Of a stretch of 64,000 nt of DNA, positions 62,410 to 64,000 are shown piece by piece. Position 1 is the stretch's first letter. Each line of letters starts with the position of its first letter. The DNA comes from a virus. The notes beneath the pieces were generated by a model, which saw only the letters and a program-made list of their open reading frames with translations, ran no database searches and was not told the origin of the DNA. The stretch lies in the IMG/VR virus record IMGVR_UViG_3300032288_001804, positions 1 to 64,000 of that record. One strand, written 5' to 3'. A program made the translations under genes and the position numbers.

Positions 62410-63999
62410 TTATTTTAAATTGTCCAATACGCTTCTTGTATATTTATTTCTTTCACCTAATGGGACTAGTACTCCATCTTTTTTCACATTTCGTATATAG
62501 TTCTTAAGCATCTTTTCATAAGCTTGTTTTTTTACAGTAGCATCTTTTGTTGTAGAATACTGATTTGCTGCTCCAAAAAAGTTAGGATACTCATTTATAG
62601 GAAGACCGTTATAGACAAAGTCTAATGCAAGTACTTTTAAGTCAGGGTGTAACTTATCAAAAGAACCTTTTCCAAATTTTGTTTCATACTGCTCTAATGT
62701 GCGATTAAGATGTTCTTCTACATCATTACGCATTAACGCAATAGCCTCATCTTTAGTAAGCCCCTTAGAATATCTACCAGCTTTAACATCATCATCTGTT
62801 AACTTATGACCATAACCTATTGTATCATTACCACCTTCTTCAGAGGGATATGGATAAAACTTATCCTCTTTTAAGCCCCTATTAACACCATTCTCTTGTT
62901 CCATTAATCGTGTATAGTAATCTTCAGGTATTTTAAACTTTATAGGTTCTGACTTAGGTTTATTAACAGCGTTTATTACTTGATTAAATTGCTCCGATAT
63001 ACTTAGGGTTGGTTTTGGTGTACCAATCATAGTTTGCAATTGTTCAAATACTCCAGGTTCTTTTTGTTCTATAGGATACTTCCCATTAAACATATCAGTA
63101 ACCTTTTGAAATACTTGAGATGGTTCTTGTGGTTTAGGTTTATAACCAACTTGTTGCATCATATTCATAATACCACCCCCATCTTGTTTTCTTTCTATGT
63201 AACGCATTCTTTGTAAATCAGGATCATAAACTAAGTTTTGATTTTTACCACCCCAATTACGATCGTTACTTAACATAAAATCTTTATACTCCATCCAACC
63301 GGTATCTCCAGGATGAGATTCTCCTGGTATGTGTGACTTTAACCAAACACCTGTATCAGGGTTAGTACTAAAGCCGTGATACATACCATCATAAGGATCT
63401 GGTTGCCAATGAGGATTTTTTTGTAAAGCTTCTTCAAAAGTTTTAGGCTTGCCTAATGCATCCCACATACCATAGTGATCGTATTGTCTAGGGTTGCCAT
63501 ATTGCCACTCGGAATCAGGTCTTCTATTCTCAGGCGCTGTTTCACTGTAGTTTAAAAAATCTTGATAATCATCAGGTAATTCACCACCAGTTTGAGCTTG
63601 ATTTAAATATAACTCGAAATCACCTTCATCAAACATTTCATCATCTACAATAATATCTTGAAATGCTCTATTCCTATTTGCAAGTATTTCTTCTTCTGTA
63701 AATCCTCCAGCTTGAGCTTTAGGCAATTCATCTTCGTTTGGTGTATCATTAGATACATATGAATCATGGATTTGTTTTAATAAGTCACCCCTGCCTCTAA
63801 CAACTTTATATAAATCAAGATTTTTGCTATTTCCAGATTTTACATCCCTATCAATAATTTCTTGTATTTCTTCATTAGTATAGTTTTTTGTAGGATCAAT
63901 CCCCATGTTCATACGCCACTCATTTGTGCGTGATCTTACTTCAGTAGGACTATAATAATAATCAATTATATCTTTACTACTACCAACTTTTTTTTGATT
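62410..63999 (-). CDS. virion protein with a C-terminal lysozyme-like (GH24) domain; 5'-truncated by the window edge
   Basis: Frame stays open to the window end (NQKKVG...YYSPTEVRSR); E...YPSEEGGNDTIGYGHKL...LTKDEAIALMRND. Confidence 0.75.
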   Translation of the reverse strand, partial: NQKKVGSSKDIIDYYYSPTEVRSRTNEWRMNMGIDPTKNYTNEEIQEIIDRDVKSGNSKNLDLYKVVRGRGDLLKQIHDSYVSNDTPNEDELPKAQAGGFTEEEILANRNRAFQDIIVDDEMFDEGDFELYLNQAQTGGELPDDYQDFLNYSETAPENRRPDSEWQYGNPRQYDHYGMWDALGKPKTFEEALQKNPHWQPDPYDGMYHGFSTNPDTGVWLKSHIPGESHPGDTGWMEYKDFMLSNDRNWGGKNQNLVYDPDLQRMRYIERKQDGGGIMNMMQQVGYKPKPQEPSQVFQKVTDMFNGKYPIEQKEPGVFEQLQTMIGTPKPTLSISEQFNQVINAVNKPKSEPIKFKIPEDYYTRLMEQENGVNRGLKEDKFYPYPSEEGGNDTIGYGHKLTDDDVKAGRYSKGLTKDEAIALMRNDVEEHLNRTLEQYETKFGKGSFDKLHPDLKVLALDFVYNGLPINEYPNFFGAANQYSTTKDATVKKQAYEKMLKNYIRNVKKDGVLVPLGERNKYTRSVLDNLK

Positions 64000-64000
64000 T

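Noticed and set aside
31296-63216. Short + strand ORFs within the giant minus-strand genes (and similar antisense ORFs in the left arm)
   Set aside because: Ser/Leu/Phe-rich antisense shadows with no motifs or initiation context
1-64000. Stop-codon reassignment (TAG or TGA), known in some crAss-like phages
   Set aside because: Genes up to 10 kb are open in the standard code, and TAG/TGA end genes at sensible boundaries (e.g. GroES, SPL C-part)
1-64000. CRISPR array, DGR/retron reverse transcriptase, integrase, rRNA
   Set aside because: No regularly spaced repeats, and no RT, recombinase or rRNA signatures seen

Overview
This 64-kb window comes from an AT-rich dsDNA bacteriophage genome read in the standard genetic code. 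It is most consistent with a crAss-like (Crassvirales-related) phage of a Bacteroidota host: TAnnTTTG promoters, A-rich leaders without Shine-Dalgarno sequences, a PolB, and a giant virion RNA polymerase with a DFDID motif. Bases 1-530 are a structured-RNA region containing two tRNA-like genes with enlarged central domains. Bases 542-25591 (mostly + strand) hold repair, replication and nucleotide genes: GroES, a spore-photoproduct-lyase-like radical SAM enzyme, UDG, DnaB, a Sak4-like ATPase, SSB, primase, a vWA-peptidase/MoxR pair, a PD-(D/E)XK exonuclease, PolB and MazG-like hydrolases. Bases 25588-64000 (- strand) hold late genes: small basic proteins, a lysis cassette, three giant ejection/cargo proteins including the virion RNAP, and further cargo proteins. 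Highlights: (1) the radical-SAM gene is fractured inside its CxxxCxxC motif by a naturally split intein, whose halves are separated by an antisense, overlapping HNH endonuclease; (2) the three giant virion proteins are almost Cys-free except for cysteines placed head-to-tail at their junction termini, suggesting a disulfide-linked chain; (3) two tRNA-like RNAs with enlarged central domains; (4) three copies of one gene start (MAHPYDH) bracketing inserted cassettes; (5) NTase, ART-like and nuclease domains inside ejected proteins. All family assignments come from motif recognition by eye, not from database searches.
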